NCBI RefSeq assembly: GCF_001949145.1
Contig: NW_019091362.1
Span: forward strand, 999,838-1,063,837
From: Acanthaster planci
Taxonomy: Eukaryota
Length of the DNA: 64,000 nt
Direction of reading: 5' to 3'
In this document: positions 1 through 13,100 of the stretch, one piece after another
Layout of the letters: every line of letters starts with the position of its first letter
Numbering within the stretch: position 1 is the first letter of the stretch
Program-made: the position numbers and the translations under genes
The notes under the pieces: generated by a model
The model's input: only the letters and a program-made list of their open reading frames with translations
Database searches by the model: none
What the model was told of the DNA's origin: nothing

Positions 1-614
1 AGTGAGTCGGTATTTATCAGTTTGCCAGTCTTGTAATATGGTAATTTTAACTCCCCTGGCAATTTTTTTAAGAGACTCCCTGAATCTTGCAAAATCCAGT
101 ATTGTGTAGGAAACCATTTGCAAATGCTCCATATTTGTATCTTTCAATGAACAAGTTCCATCCGATGTAATACGGCCTGGATTCTGCCTTCCACAATCCC
201 GCAGAATCCATTAAAAAATCTTGATGGATTTTGGAGCCCCTGGGAGAGGCAGGGTTAAGTCATTTGTTTGCCGAATTCTGACTGTATATTGTAAGACATG
301 AATCTGGATTTCTGTCTGGTCATCTCGTAAGTTCATCAAGTTGTCACGTGGGTTTGGGAAAGTAACTGAACCCCAACTCCCTAGGTATTTGTTGAAGGAA
401 TTTCCTAGAATTCTCCAAAATTCCTGTATCATTATGGAATGGAGTGAAACAGGCTTTTAATGACGTGAAGTAAAATGGGTTTAGCAGTGTCTTTTTCAAT
501 CTCAGAAAGCCCATCCCTCAAAACCATGTGCTGGAATTGGAGAGATATGAGAAAGTTGTAGTAAAGCAAGACTAGGCCTAAATGAATAAAACAAATTTAA
601 TTTGGGGGTTTCAG

Positions 615-719
615 ATCACGGGTCGTGAGCTGTTTGCCTTCAACCCAGACCTGGTCGGGGATGACGATGATGAGGCTGCAGATGATACGCAATACAGGCG
701 AGGAAGTGACGATGAAGGG
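615..719 (+). CDS. ZC3H15: ZC3H15 coding exon (ITGRELFAFNPDLVGDDDDEAADDTQYRRGSDDEG)
   Basis: ttcag| acceptor at 614, |gtacgt donor at 720, 105 nt open. Confidence 0.88.
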
Positions 720-2670
720 GTACGTTAAACTTTCCTGCCATTTCCATGGTTACTCAAGTCCAGTTGCACCCCATCTTGTTGTTTTATGGAAGTTACTCCT
801 TCCTATGATTGCTTACCTCTGATTTGCAAATCACAGAGCGCCAACCAGTACAATTTTTATCATATTTCGTACAATTTTTCAGTGACAATATGACACTATG
901 ATTTTTCTCAATAAAATACGACTTACAAAAAAAAAGTTTCTTAGTTTTTTAGATTTTTACCCATGATTTGGCTTGAAAATTGACGTTTTTCTGAAGACAG
1001 TTTCATACCACCAAATGCATACCACAAACATAACGTGGTGTCCATCCATGAGGCCCTCTATTGTCTGTTGCTGCTTGGTTTGTACAGTTTGTCTGTGTGC
1101 TGTATGTAAACTATGAATGTATAAGCAAAATCAGTCTGGGGCCCAGACTATGCATCGCGCTCCTTCAATCGTTCAGTGTAGGGAATTACGCAACACTGAA
1201 GAGTACGAAATTATTTGGACAGATAAAAACATGCATTTAATTTTCTCTGTATAAAAGCAGATTGCAGTAGTGGTCAAAAGTGGGTCTGTGATTTTGCTGC
1301 TTCATTGATAAAAATAGTGAACAAAGTTGCTCATTCATTTAAATCTGAAACTCAGGAAATTTCTAAATTAAGCTGTCTCCTCTGCCGTCCGGTCTACAAA
1401 TAGTTTTCCTTGAACTTGGAAAAGAAAATGAAAGGATTTGGGGTCACCCTTATCCAGTGCTGAGTTTAGACTTGCACCTGCTGTGCATAAGGAGTTTGAT
1501 TCATATTGCAGTTAATTTGCAGTAATTTTTTCCAAGGCCATGCTGTCGTCATTTTGTATCTCCCGTACCATGATGGTTTAGAGCAGACTTTCAAGATATT
1601 GCAAAGACTTCTGCCTCAACAAAAAAAGATCATTTCATCCAAAAAGACACTCGGAACTCACATGGAATCTCTTTGAATCGCAGGTCATTTCAATTATTTT
1701 CTCCCTCCCCAAACCACAGGATGCAGTTGTGAAAGATGTCAGGATAGAAAACATCACAGCCACAGAAGTAGATGGCTCGGGGACGGTATCAATGACCCAC
1801 AACAGGGAGGGGGAAACGAGTACAGTTGTTGAGGCCTCGTTGCCCGGAACCAGAATAGACGAGAAAGAAGCAGAAGGTAAGGTCAACTCTCATTATGACA
1901 AGCTCTGCTCAGGGATTGCTGTTACCTTGTATAACCAGAGCCTTGTTTTAAAGTAACTGGAGAAATTTGGACAGAAAACAAAAGAATTCAAAAAATTGAG
2001 ACCCACCGAATTTGCTTTTTGTAAGAGTTATGTTAACGGTGTTGTATGTGTCAGGAGTAGACTTTAGAGTCAAAATTGTTGGAGGTTTGACCTCCTTGTA
2101 AAAGACTTGATGATACGTCTTTGAGTTATACCAGGCAAGATATGGGACAGAGGGGTACCCCCCTTACCTGTCTAATCCCTATACACACTCTAGACTATTG
2201 TTACCTAACACATCCCCCCTAGAAGTCTGTAAAGAATTCCTGAGATTCCGATAAAACAATGACCAACACAAATGATTTGAGCGAGAACTCATGCCTTCTC
2301 AATTGATAAAAGTCCATTGTATCTTATTTCCCAAAATGTTCCCCAGAAAAAACGTTAGGGCTGCACTGTCAAAATAGGGAAACAGGAATCTTATCTAATT
2401 AGGGGTGGAGGCTAAGTGAGGAAGCTTCTAATTGGGTACACTAATTATGTGAGTCATTTCTTAGATGAAGACAGCAAACTCGACCAAGCGGCTGCCCTTC
2501 CTGCTGACGAGACGTCAGATCAAGAAGAACCAGCCGCCGCAGCGGCCACTGTCAATGGAGTCCCAGTCGATGAGAATCTCTTTGTTGAGGATGTGGAAGT
2601 CGACGAAGACCTCTTTGATCAGGAGCTAGACCTGGAGGAGGATATGGACGACTTGAACCTCAGAGATTGA
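615..2670 (+). CDS. ZC3H15: ZC3H15 / DFRP1 orthologue, 3' part (last 3 coding exons: 615-719, 1720-1876, 2465-2670); 5' exons lie outside the window
   Basis: The spliced frame reads ITGRELFAFNPDLVGDDDDEAADDTQY...DEDSKLDQA...GVPVDENLF...LDLEEDMDDLNLRD*. This matches the recalled vertebrate ZC3H15 C-terminus (ISGREVFEFRPELVNDDDEEADDTRY...DENKLSEA...AVPVDENLF...LDLEE). Introns are GT-AG with phases 0 and 1. Confidence 0.9.
1720..1876 (+). CDS. ZC3H15: ZC3H15 coding exon (DAVVKDVRIENITATEVDGSG...DEKEAE)
   Basis: Pyrimidine tract plus cacag| acceptor, |gtaagg donor; in frame with ORF 1729-1956. Confidence 0.85.
2465..2670 (+). CDS. ZC3H15: ZC3H15 terminal coding exon (acidic tail with VPVDENLF)
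   Basis: tttcttag| acceptor; phase-1 junction G+AT gives Asp; TGA at 2668-2670; AATAAA at 2695 and 3142. Confidence 0.9.
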
Positions 2671-5600
2671 AGTAGCTTGTGACACTCCAAGACTAATAAA
2701 AAGAACAAAATCAGACCTAAATGCTGACATCTCGCCGCTTCCCTAGTGATGATGAAACTGTATTTATTTCTACACACAGGTTGAAAAGGAGAATGAAATG
2801 ACTATCATGCGGGATTTTAGTGGTTCCGAAAAAACTTTGGTTAGGCTCCAAAATCTCTTAAAGGATTTTGATTTTAAAAAAATACCAAACTGTGGAGTGT
2901 GGACCCAGTGAGGCTACAGTTAGACCGAAAACTACAGACTTCTTTGGCTTAAAAATCTCAGAACTGCTTGTCTTTGATTCTTTCACAGCCGTTTCAGATA
3001 CAAGTACATCCCAAATTTGTCAAGCGGAATGGTATCTCAGTAAGACACAAGGGGTGCGTCATTTTTGGATGGAATTCACACTTTCAAATTTGGATTCCTT
3101 TTCTGTAATTTCTTGGAGTGTCACAGTGTGTAAAGCCTGAAAATAAAATTATTTCCTTGCAATAAGGAAAAGGATTGCAAGTAGTTGAAAAATATGTGTA
3201 TTTCTTAAAAAGGGGTTGGGGTTGGGGGGGGGAAGTGTTTTCATGAAAGGCAGCATGGAAGCTTGCTGAAGCATTAATCAAATGAAAAAGTAGTTTCAAC
3301 CAGTGAAAGTTTTGCACAAATCTACATAGAAGTGTATCAAGATTTTTTTAAGGACAAACCTGATGTTATTGTAGATGGATGGTAATAAGACATCTCACCA
3401 TTTTCATGTACCATTTTCGAGTACAGAAAGTACACTTGCTTGTACATGAAAGAGTGGCATAAATTCTGCAAGCAGGGCACACGATGGCGGTTATGTTTTT
3501 GAAATGATACTGAAATGAAAGTTTGGCAATAATCACTTGATCACTTCCTCTGCTCTTTGGACTTTCCAGGAAAAGCTGGTTCCCCCAAGATATCCCCAGC
3601 AAACTGCATGCATTGTAAACCTTGTAGAAAAAAGAAATGAATACAGCATTTGAAAGATTCTTTTATGAATTGTGTTTCTTTTATTTTTTTCCATCAATTA
3701 TTCCGAAAGATAAGAAAGAAAATAATTTCATTTTGAAGGAACTCAGTTCTCGTCAATTAAACTTTTGAAGTGGGTACTTCCAAACTACTCAATTCATTTT
3801 TGCATCAGATTTTGTGGAGAATGTTTGTTTCACCAGGCTCCTGTTCAGACAGAATTATGGCAGTCTTTGAAAAATCATGATAGCAAAATTGTTTGAACTA
3901 ATAGGGTATTAACAAATAGCCATTAATTTACACTGTACATAAATATATTTCAGTTCTATGAATTAATAGGGTTTGTGTTCTTTCTTTTGTCTGTTTTAAT
4001 ATTTATTTTATTCCCGGGTTTGTTTCTTATTCCCTCAGCATTTGTCCTCACTTTTGCTGGTGAGCCAGGGATGTTATTCCCTGCTCTTACTGCTATCAAG
4101 TGCATTAAGTGTACCAAGATTCGTCCTAGCATGATAAAAATCCAATACTGGATAAGACTGCAGACTTTCTGGCCACCATGTCAATTAGTTGTAATTTTTG
4201 AGGGAGCCCACTTAAGCTGACTTCAGCCAGTCTGGATGGGAATGAAGTCTTCCAAGTAACTATTTGCATACTCGGTCTATTTGTATTTTGTAGGTTAACT
4301 GCTTGCAACATGGGGAATGGTACATGTAGTCGATACATGTAAAGTGTGGCGTCATTTGTTACAGATCAACCACTTGATACCGGATGACGTGTTAACACAT
4401 AATTTTCTATATTTGTTCCATGGAGGACGTGTACGCTCGTTCAAGAATTCTTTTCATTTCCGTGGTTGAGGCATTGACATGTTGTGTTTGGTTGGGCAAA
4501 GCACAATTGCAAGGTTGAAGAATTTGTGGGTAAAAAACCTCCCCCAACAGCTTTCTCAGAGAAGGAAATCCGATGTTAACTGGTGAAGGTCCAAGCCTGT
4601 CATTTGTATACATCTTGATCACATTTTCCTTTTTGGATAAGCAACCCTTTTTCAGGATGGGGCATGCTATTCTGTCCCAAATCAAACGTGCCAAGAATAT
4701 GATTGATACACGGAGTTGGAAATCAGGAATGTAATATCAATTGGCAAATAATCAAAACCAACCCTCTCCTGACTTTATCTCGTCTTGGTTAGCTACTAAA
4801 ATTTTCTAACATGCACTTGTGCTGTGCTGTCGTCGATATGTCCCAAATCTGAATACACTGTACATGCACATCACACACCTATTATAAAACACCGATGATT
4901 CAAAGTTAACATATGAAAATAATTATTTTTATTGTCATTTTTACACCGGCTTTAATGCACAGGACACCCAACATGCTTGAAATTAAGTATTTGCCTAAAA
5001 TTGTCAATAAAATAACTTACATCTATAAGAACATCAATGATGAACAACAAAATGTCCGATTAGACATTGACAAAACCAAAGGAGAATCTGTCAAATATCT
5101 CATCTCCATTATCAGTATTACAGTTATGAAAGGTCCATGTCATGCGTCAATCAATTGAACCCTAGGACTGAATGGTTAAACCAGCCATAAAATACATTTC
5201 AAAGCTGTACAAGACTATGCAATAAAACAATGTGGCATATAAACACATCTGAATTTCAACCAATGTGCACGCATGTTGACAAATCTGTGTGCAAAAAAAT
5301 AGTTAAGACTGTTAGGCCATCATGGTTTATTTTAGGAAGATGCATCATAGATGAATTCATTAAAGAAATTTGCAAATTGAACATAAAATTGGTCTGTTCC
5401 TATTAAGTACATCCATTTTAACAAACTCCTAACCGAGTTTATCTACCATCCAAACAAACATCACAAGAATTAAACTAAATTGATGAACACCCGATGTTAA
5501 CGTTACACAAAGCGAATAATTTACTGAAAAAACAAATGCCACAAATACCAAAATACACATCCGACAGTTGGAACCAAGCAATATTAGTGAAAGTGTGGCT

Positions 5601-6622
5601 AATGCAACAGATGTACAAAAACATAGGTATCAGACAATTTTGCCTGTCTGAAAAACAAAAACAGGAGGGTAGACCTGAAGTACTGTCAACATCAATTTGT
5701 CGGGTTCTATTTATTTTTTGGCTTATTTGTAAAGGATTACTTGAGAAAGGTAATGTACAAAGAAATAAAAATAAATATTTCTAATAAAACCGAGAGGGTT
5801 TCAAAGTTGCCATCTGGTGAGAAAAATACCAATGCTACAGTAAAAAAAATGCTTTTATAAAGTAAAGAACAGTTAAAAAAAATACTTTTATAAAGTGAAG
5901 TAGAAATGTTAAAGCATTAAAAAATCATGCAATTTCATGCTAGAAAGACGGAATTCGGTTGCACTTGTTGCTACAAAAGTGGCAAGAAGGCTACCATCAA
6001 CATTAAAAATCTGCACCTGAGGGAGGAAATGTTGCTACCCTCTAGAATTCATTCCAAAACTAACAATCTCCCTGAAGTTTCCTTGATCCAAAATTTTGAC
6101 ATACTTCCATGGACTTTATTCATAAGAAATGCAATCTTGACAGCTTTCCTCTTAAATTAATTGACTTGATCAGATTGAAGCAATTAGAACTTAAGGAGTA
6201 ATGACGCAAGAATATGAAATTGAGACTTGTTATTGCTACACGTAGGACGGGGATTAGGGAGACACAGGGTTTAATAGGGACACACTGCCAAAACAGTGAT
6301 TAGGTTTGGGGGCTGAACAATTCCAATTTTCCTAGAGCATTTTAAAATATTGATATTACTATACATGTGCACTGTGGCTTAAAACTTCATGTAAAAGCAG
6401 CTGACAAGAAGAATACGGCGGTAAGTTCTTCACAGTCCACATACACAAACACATATTCAATTGAAACTGTGATAAAACTGCCAATCAATTTACTTGTTTC
6501 CAACAAATGAGGCCACAGAGCAGGATAGGTTTCCAATGCTTGTAAAGACAGAATAACGAGAGGATGAGGCAATGTATTGTTTCAGCTTTTACTTTTTTCT
6601 GATGTGGAAAATCTCTCAAGTA

Positions 6623-6915
6623 TGTGAGTCTCATGCTCTGTGAGTCTCATGCTCAGTGAGCGAGTCTCATGCCCAGTTAGTGAGTCCCATGCTCAGAGAG
6701 TGAGTCTCATGCAGTCAGCCCCACGCTTAGTGAGTCTTATGCTGTGATCCCCATGCTCAGTGAGTCTCATGCCCAGTTAGTGAGTCCCATGCTTAGTGAG
6801 TGAGTCTCATGCAGTCACCCAACGCTCAGTGAGTCTTATGCTGTGATCCCCATGCTCACTGAGTCTGATGCTCAGTGAGTCTGATGCTCAGTGAGTGAGT
6901 CTCATGCTCAGTGAG
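6623..6915. repeat. Minisatellite of about 16-20 bp units (GTGAGTCTCATGCTCA) with a ~100 bp higher-order duplication, in the presumed DNAJC10 3' UTR
   Basis: Tandem units are directly visible; 6662-6760 is repeated at about 6762-6859. Confidence 0.9.
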
Positions 6916-7122
6916 GGAGTGTCAGCAGACCTGTTATCCAACTTGCCGACAATGTAAACATGGTTATCCCTTCGATGGTCAACAGAGAGTGAAACCAATG
7001 CACATAAAATGTGAAGCTGCTTTTGAATGCACCCGGTGTTTTCTTTAGAAAAGGAGAAAACGAGACAAACTATACTATCCAAGAGTCGATGAGTTGCTCT
7101 TCTATTTCCAGTGGTTGGGAGG

Positions 7123-7149
7123 TCAAAGTTCATCCTTGATATTTTTGCT
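7123..7149 (-). CDS. DNAJC10: DNAJC10 terminal coding exon (SKNIKDEL*)
   Basis: tttccttctatag|AGC AAA AAT ATC AAG GAT GAA CTT TGA; KDEL ER-retrieval signal. Confidence 0.9.
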   Translation of the reverse strand, partial: SKNIKDEL

Positions 7150-10100
7150 CTATAGAAGGAAAGCAAAATGATGCATGTGAATATTGGAGGAGACATCAAT
7201 ACAAACTGCAAAATCCACGAACCAAATAAATTAAAAGTCCAATATCTCCGCTTGCCTTTTCACTGGTATCAGAATGTCATCCTTGGGACCATACTTAGAA
7301 AATTCCAGACAATTATTCATAGAATTTGTTCTCTGCTGCATTCATGAAATTCTAGGTTTGCTAGAATGTATTTGGTAAAGCATCAAGATAATTGAGTCAG
7401 AGAAGTTGACCGCTTCAGCTACTTACACTGCTTAACTTCTGCGTAAATCTTTTCTGAAGAAGCGCTATTAAACTGCTTGGAGTTTTATCCACTTGTTCAC
7501 CATACCAATTCTGTGAGAAAGACATAAAACAATTGTATCCTGAATTATCTAGTAAAGACATTCTACCCATGAAAACATGGTTAAAAGTCTTAATTCCAAA
7601 GGGTTTGGCCATCCTCTAGAAAGGGTGAAAATTGAGAACAAATCAGTAGATACACGTACACTGACAGACTAACGTAACAGAAATAATACAGGTCATTGCT
7701 CGAATTGAAACTTTCCATCAAGAACAAGAAACAATCGGCATGAAGAAACGATATTTATCTCTGTTGCAACGCCCAATAGTTCAGGGATTGAGGACCGTTA
7801 GGGTTAAATCCTCACTTGGGTATTCAATTTATTGCATCTACATTTCCACAACAGCAGTTTTCACTTTTGAATCAAGTTTCCCTGAAAATTGGATGTTCAA
7901 CTGATGGATGGAAATCCCTTGCACTTAATTTCTTTTCTCCCATGTTACTTTCCCTGAAATTCTCCAACATATTCACGCAAGTTAACAGCCCGTTAAACAG
8001 CAGATGTCATGCATAACATAGCACCCTCCTCACAGCTAGAGGAAATTGTGGAGATGCACTACTGCCTTCCAAAAACCCAACAACACTGAGGATCTTTTGA
8101 GGCTGTACAAAATACAACAAAATTCAAAATACTAATGACCTACCTGGGAATGGCCAACCTTGTGCGTGCCTCTATAAATTCGTACAGTGGGGAAGTAATT
8201 AACACTGGCCTGTTGACATATATTCTGGTTTTGAGTGCAGTCTACCTTGCCAGCACGTACATAGCCTTCAACACCCTGCAAGAATAAAAGTTCACAAAAA
8301 TTGTGACAAACATCGGGATANAAAACGTCTACAAATGCATTCCACAAATACTTGAAGGAAGACTGAGCTTAGATCGCAATGGGCTTTGCACAAGAACCCT
8401 TTCAATGGGGAGTATGAGAGATGTATACCAGATCTAAAATTCCATTACCTACAACGACACAGGTTTGTTTCCATTCTGACAAAAATCAGACACGTAGAAT
8501 TTGCACCATACATGTACATTCCTCACTAAAGCTCTTAATTTGGCTAGCTCTCTGCTGTGTTAATGGACGCATCTCTGTAAACAAACATGTCAGAGCAACT
8601 GTGTATGCTTAGCTGCACTATGAATTCAGTCCCCTATATTAAATATTGCCTGGTGTACGAAAATGACCTTAAGAGAGACTACCAACCCTGGCCACTTGCT
8701 CAAACTCCGGCTGGTACTGCTGACAAGGCATGCAGTGTGGCATGTGAAAATCGATCACCCAGGGATCTGTGCTGCGGAGGACTTTATCCCGGAAGTTGCT
8801 CCGGCTGATGGTTTCTACAATGGAAGGCAGGAAGTTGTGAGCCCAGAAGAAGATGGAGTTGGAATCCCGGAACCAACCATTGTAATCACTGCCAGAAAAA
8901 ACCCAGAAAAGAAAACAAAAGGAAAAAGACACAGTCAATTATGACCAATGTCTGAGCTTGTGGACAGAGTTCCAGGTTCTCTACAGAGTGATGCAATGCT
9001 ACGGACGGTTTGGTACCAGATCTCCTTTCAAACAAAGTTAGATACTGGATAACAATTCAGTTGGTTTCTTTTAGGTAATGACCAAAAGCTTTTAAAAGTT
9101 TTGGCCTTTGCTCTCCAACATCCTTTACATTACTTCAGTATTCACTCAGTAAACAGCCCTGTACTTTGCCGAGGTAATACTACTACACCGAAGTTCAACA
9201 ATATAGCAACACACTCTAAGGAATGCCAGGCTGGTCCTTTGACACACACAATGGACCCAGAGGGTAGCACCAATCCAATTTTGCATTCAACAAAACCCTT
9301 TTGTAAGAGGTGAACCGGCAATTTCTCCAGAAGTAGGGGGATAAGCTACCTTCTTCCTGTGTTTCCAGTTCGTCCGAATGGGAAAGCCCGGATAGTAGGG
9401 TAGCTACGAATGCCTTGTTGATTACACAGATCCCCATGGGTCACACAATCGATCGTGCCCACTCCAGCTGTGCCGTTCAATTTCTAAATTAATCCAAAAG
9501 GGAGAAAACAGTTATTACGCTTTGTACCCAGAAAAATTGTCATTTATTTGACCAGAAATTCTTTGGAATCAAATCCCATTTTTGTTTCTCTCATAACAGA
9601 AGCACACCTTACGAGGAAAATTCCAACTGATAATTCCTGACAACACTTTTAAGTAGACACTCTGTCAATGTTATGGCTTCCAAACACAAGACCAAGACAA
9701 CTTCAAACACATAGTATTAACTGGAATATATGTTTTCTATGTGGTGGATACAGGGTACCAGACCAAAATGGCTGCTAAGCAGCATGTACCTTGGCTAGTT
9801 TCCGCCACTCAGGCAACAGTGCTTGGCAGGGTCCACACCACGGCGCATAGAAGTCCACTAACCACATGTCCTTCTGGTCCCGGTTTATGACGAGATTCCG
9901 GAAGCTGGTTGGGTCCAGACTGACCATCGTTGGATGCAAGATATCCTGAAATCCAGACAAAACAAATAGAATATCAGAGAATGCATTACATGAATTTAAT
10001 TCACTTGTCCAACCTCAGTGCAAATAAATATGTTTTACTTACAAAGGGTATCTTGCAGTAACACGACATATCTTGTCACAGAAAGAAAAACAGATTTCAA

Positions 10101-13100
10101 TACTGTGCATGTATTAGGCCCCCCAAAAAATTTGTTTGCCTCTGGTCTGACTGATGTTCTGGAATTTATGCGGTGATGTGGCTTTTGTTTGTTTTTGTTC
10201 TTTCTTCCTGCAGGGTTGGATTGTACAGACCATTGCAGACAAACGTTGCTGAGTCAGGGGACTAGACCAGCTTCATCATGATTATAAGCTGACAACAAAC
10301 AACTTCGTATCCATAGCCTGCTATCATTGCTCAACATCAATGTCATTGGGATCTATTGCCCGGGGTACAAAATCGACATGCCCGTAAAAATCTGGAGGCA
10401 GTGCAGCAATAGAGGGTGCTGTTGCAGCTTTCACAGAAAAACAAAGATTGACACACATGCTTGAAATCGACGCAAGCGCTGACCAGAGATGGAAGACTTT
10501 TTAAGGGGCCTTACTAGAAATATTCATACATAAGTAATAAGCCAATTGCGAGTTAAATTTGAATAAAATCTGGTACACTGTGTTATCTGATTGCACAGAA
10601 ACATAACAATTAAATTCCCCAGACTAAAGACACTGTTGCTATACCTCGTGATTCGGGGCAAGCTTTTGCATAGTGACCATCATCTCTGGAATGGACTGGT
10701 TCCTTTGTGCCGTTCTTATCCATTGGGAATAGTGTATTGTTGCAAGGTGTCTCTTATGTAACTAAGCAAAAGCTTGCCCCAAATCACCAGGTATAGCAAC
10801 AGTGGTTTTAGCATGGAGAATTCAAGTTGTTATGTTCACGTGAATGCAAAGAACTCAGTGTACCAGATTTTATTCAAATTTAACTCGCAAATGGCTTATT
10901 GGTATTAACGTATACACAAAAGCACAGTTCACGCATTGGGGGCTTTAATGCCTACTGCATACTATAAGCATATGCAAATCTGATCAACCATGAGTGAAAT
11001 GAATTTGGGATCAATCCAAGATTAGAGTAGCCTTTCTTCAAGACAGGCAATGTATTACCTCAATGAAATCCACAATCTCCTCTGCTGTCTTGTACCCTGT
11101 GTTCATGTGTGGTTTGCTGTCATTGTACATGATGGTAGTCGGGTAGGACCGGACGTTGTGTTGGTTACACAGTGCGTTGTGGATGGTGCAGTCTACCGTG
11201 CCAAAGTGAATGTCTGTTCTCCTAGTGGCTGCCTTGCGCAACTGAGGTAGCATCTGTCTGCATGGTGGACAATGCTGTTCATAAAATCAAAGAAAAAAAG
11301 GGCGATTTCAGTCTAATGAATGGCAGAAACCAGGAAATAAAATCAGACGACATTTAGATCTGACCTTAACATAAAAGTGAACACAATGCAGTTTTGTGAC
11401 ATCAGCTCAAATACATGACATCAAATTCCCAACATCTGAGTGTGCATAGTCAGGTAGGACCACACGCTGTGTTTGTTACAGAGCGAACTCAAGCAAATTT
11501 CAAAACTGTTTCAAAAGATGTCAAATTTTCTTCATTTTGGAATTTGCCTGAAGTGTAAAACGGCATGGCATCGGGGATTGCAAATTTGGGGACCCCGTTC
11601 CTGTAACAGAAGGGAGACCTACATTTTAACTTTTGAATTCACCCTGGTAGATGACTGTGACATCATGCTCAATAACTGTAGGGTTAGTGTTGTCAAAAAA
11701 GGGCAGGGTTTTGAGTTTTGAGGGAAAATATAAGGGGAATCTGTGAATGTTTTAACACATGACACAGGACATGGTAGATTCAAAGTTGCACAACTGGCTT
11801 ATCAGTAAGAAAGTCATATTTTCTCACAATTTACGATTTGAAATTTCCAAAAAAAGGGTCAGCCCAATAGAGAGTGTGTTGCCTGTGTTCCTTAAGGGGA
11901 CCAGTTTTGCAAGATTAAAATGACAGTCTCAATGGCAACTATGTCTTTTTCAACTAACCAAATTCTAATTTTCTAGAAAATGTTTCACTCTGTCAGGCTT
12001 TTACAAGATTCCGCCAAAAGAAATACAACCACATTCAATTAAAAAAACTCCCACTTGGCAAAAGAATTGACAATTTGCTAACTTACTGGAGAAAAGAAAT
12101 CGACAAACCACAGCTCCTTTCCGCCAGTGACAGGATCAGGGAAACTCTCAGGGCCAAGCATGTGCAGTCGAGAGTCTATGCTCTGTCTAGCAAAGGCTGC
12201 AATATCCTGGGCAAACAGACGACCTGTGGGCACAAAGGACACATTCAGGCCGTGCTGAAGATCTGAGGACTACAACAAGTGAGGACATGGGGTTCAATAA
12301 TTATTAAAGGAACCAAAACACTGAGTGGAAACAACAAATCACAATTCAGTCCAAAAATTCTTAGTAGGGTCATTCCATGAAGTTGGGGCACAATTTTTGA
12401 CGTTGTCAATTGTTACGTGGGTTCCGTAAAAATGAACAGCTATTTCCCTGCGTGTGGATTCCACACTGACATTGTTATACATCTTGCATGGTTGAATACA
12501 GAGGTGGGTGTTACTTTTCCAGAGTAAGTGACCTACTCTACAGGTCATGACAGGCGGTAAAAGTTACCCATTGTAACAAGAACACCGTCACAAATTGTGT
12601 CCCAACCCCATGGAATGACCCAGTAATAAAATCCTGCCTTTAATGCGACTTTTGTAAAAACGCTGATTGATTACCCTCAATATTTGCGAGTAGATGACGT
12701 ATGACATGTGAGACACACTGTGGGAGTTCCAGTGGTGTAACCAGGGGATGGGGACCGTGCAGGAGCCCATCTTCCCCATAAAAATGGTGTTTAACTCATC
12801 CCTCCCCCACAGGAAATTGAGACAACAGAGAAAATCACAGTATTATTGAGAACACACTGGGCCTTACCTTCTCCACTCACCTCTAGCAATAAGACTAATG
12901 GGAAAATTACAGCACAATGCTCTCATTTCTGAATGAATTTTTATGAATCTAACATTCAAACAAAAGATGGCAAGATGTGCATAGAGGCAATCAACCTATT
13001 AGTTGGATAAACCTTTTTGGCAATCTGACTGAACTTCAATAAAAATTTCCACAACCTTGCTTTGCATTGAACCTTAACTGTTTATTTCATTTGATGTGAA

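Noticed and set aside
6623..6915. CRISPR-like array or His/Glu/Thr-rich coding repeat
   Set aside because: There are no unique spacers, the context is eukaryotic, unit lengths vary and break frame with stops, and it lies beyond the KDEL stop.
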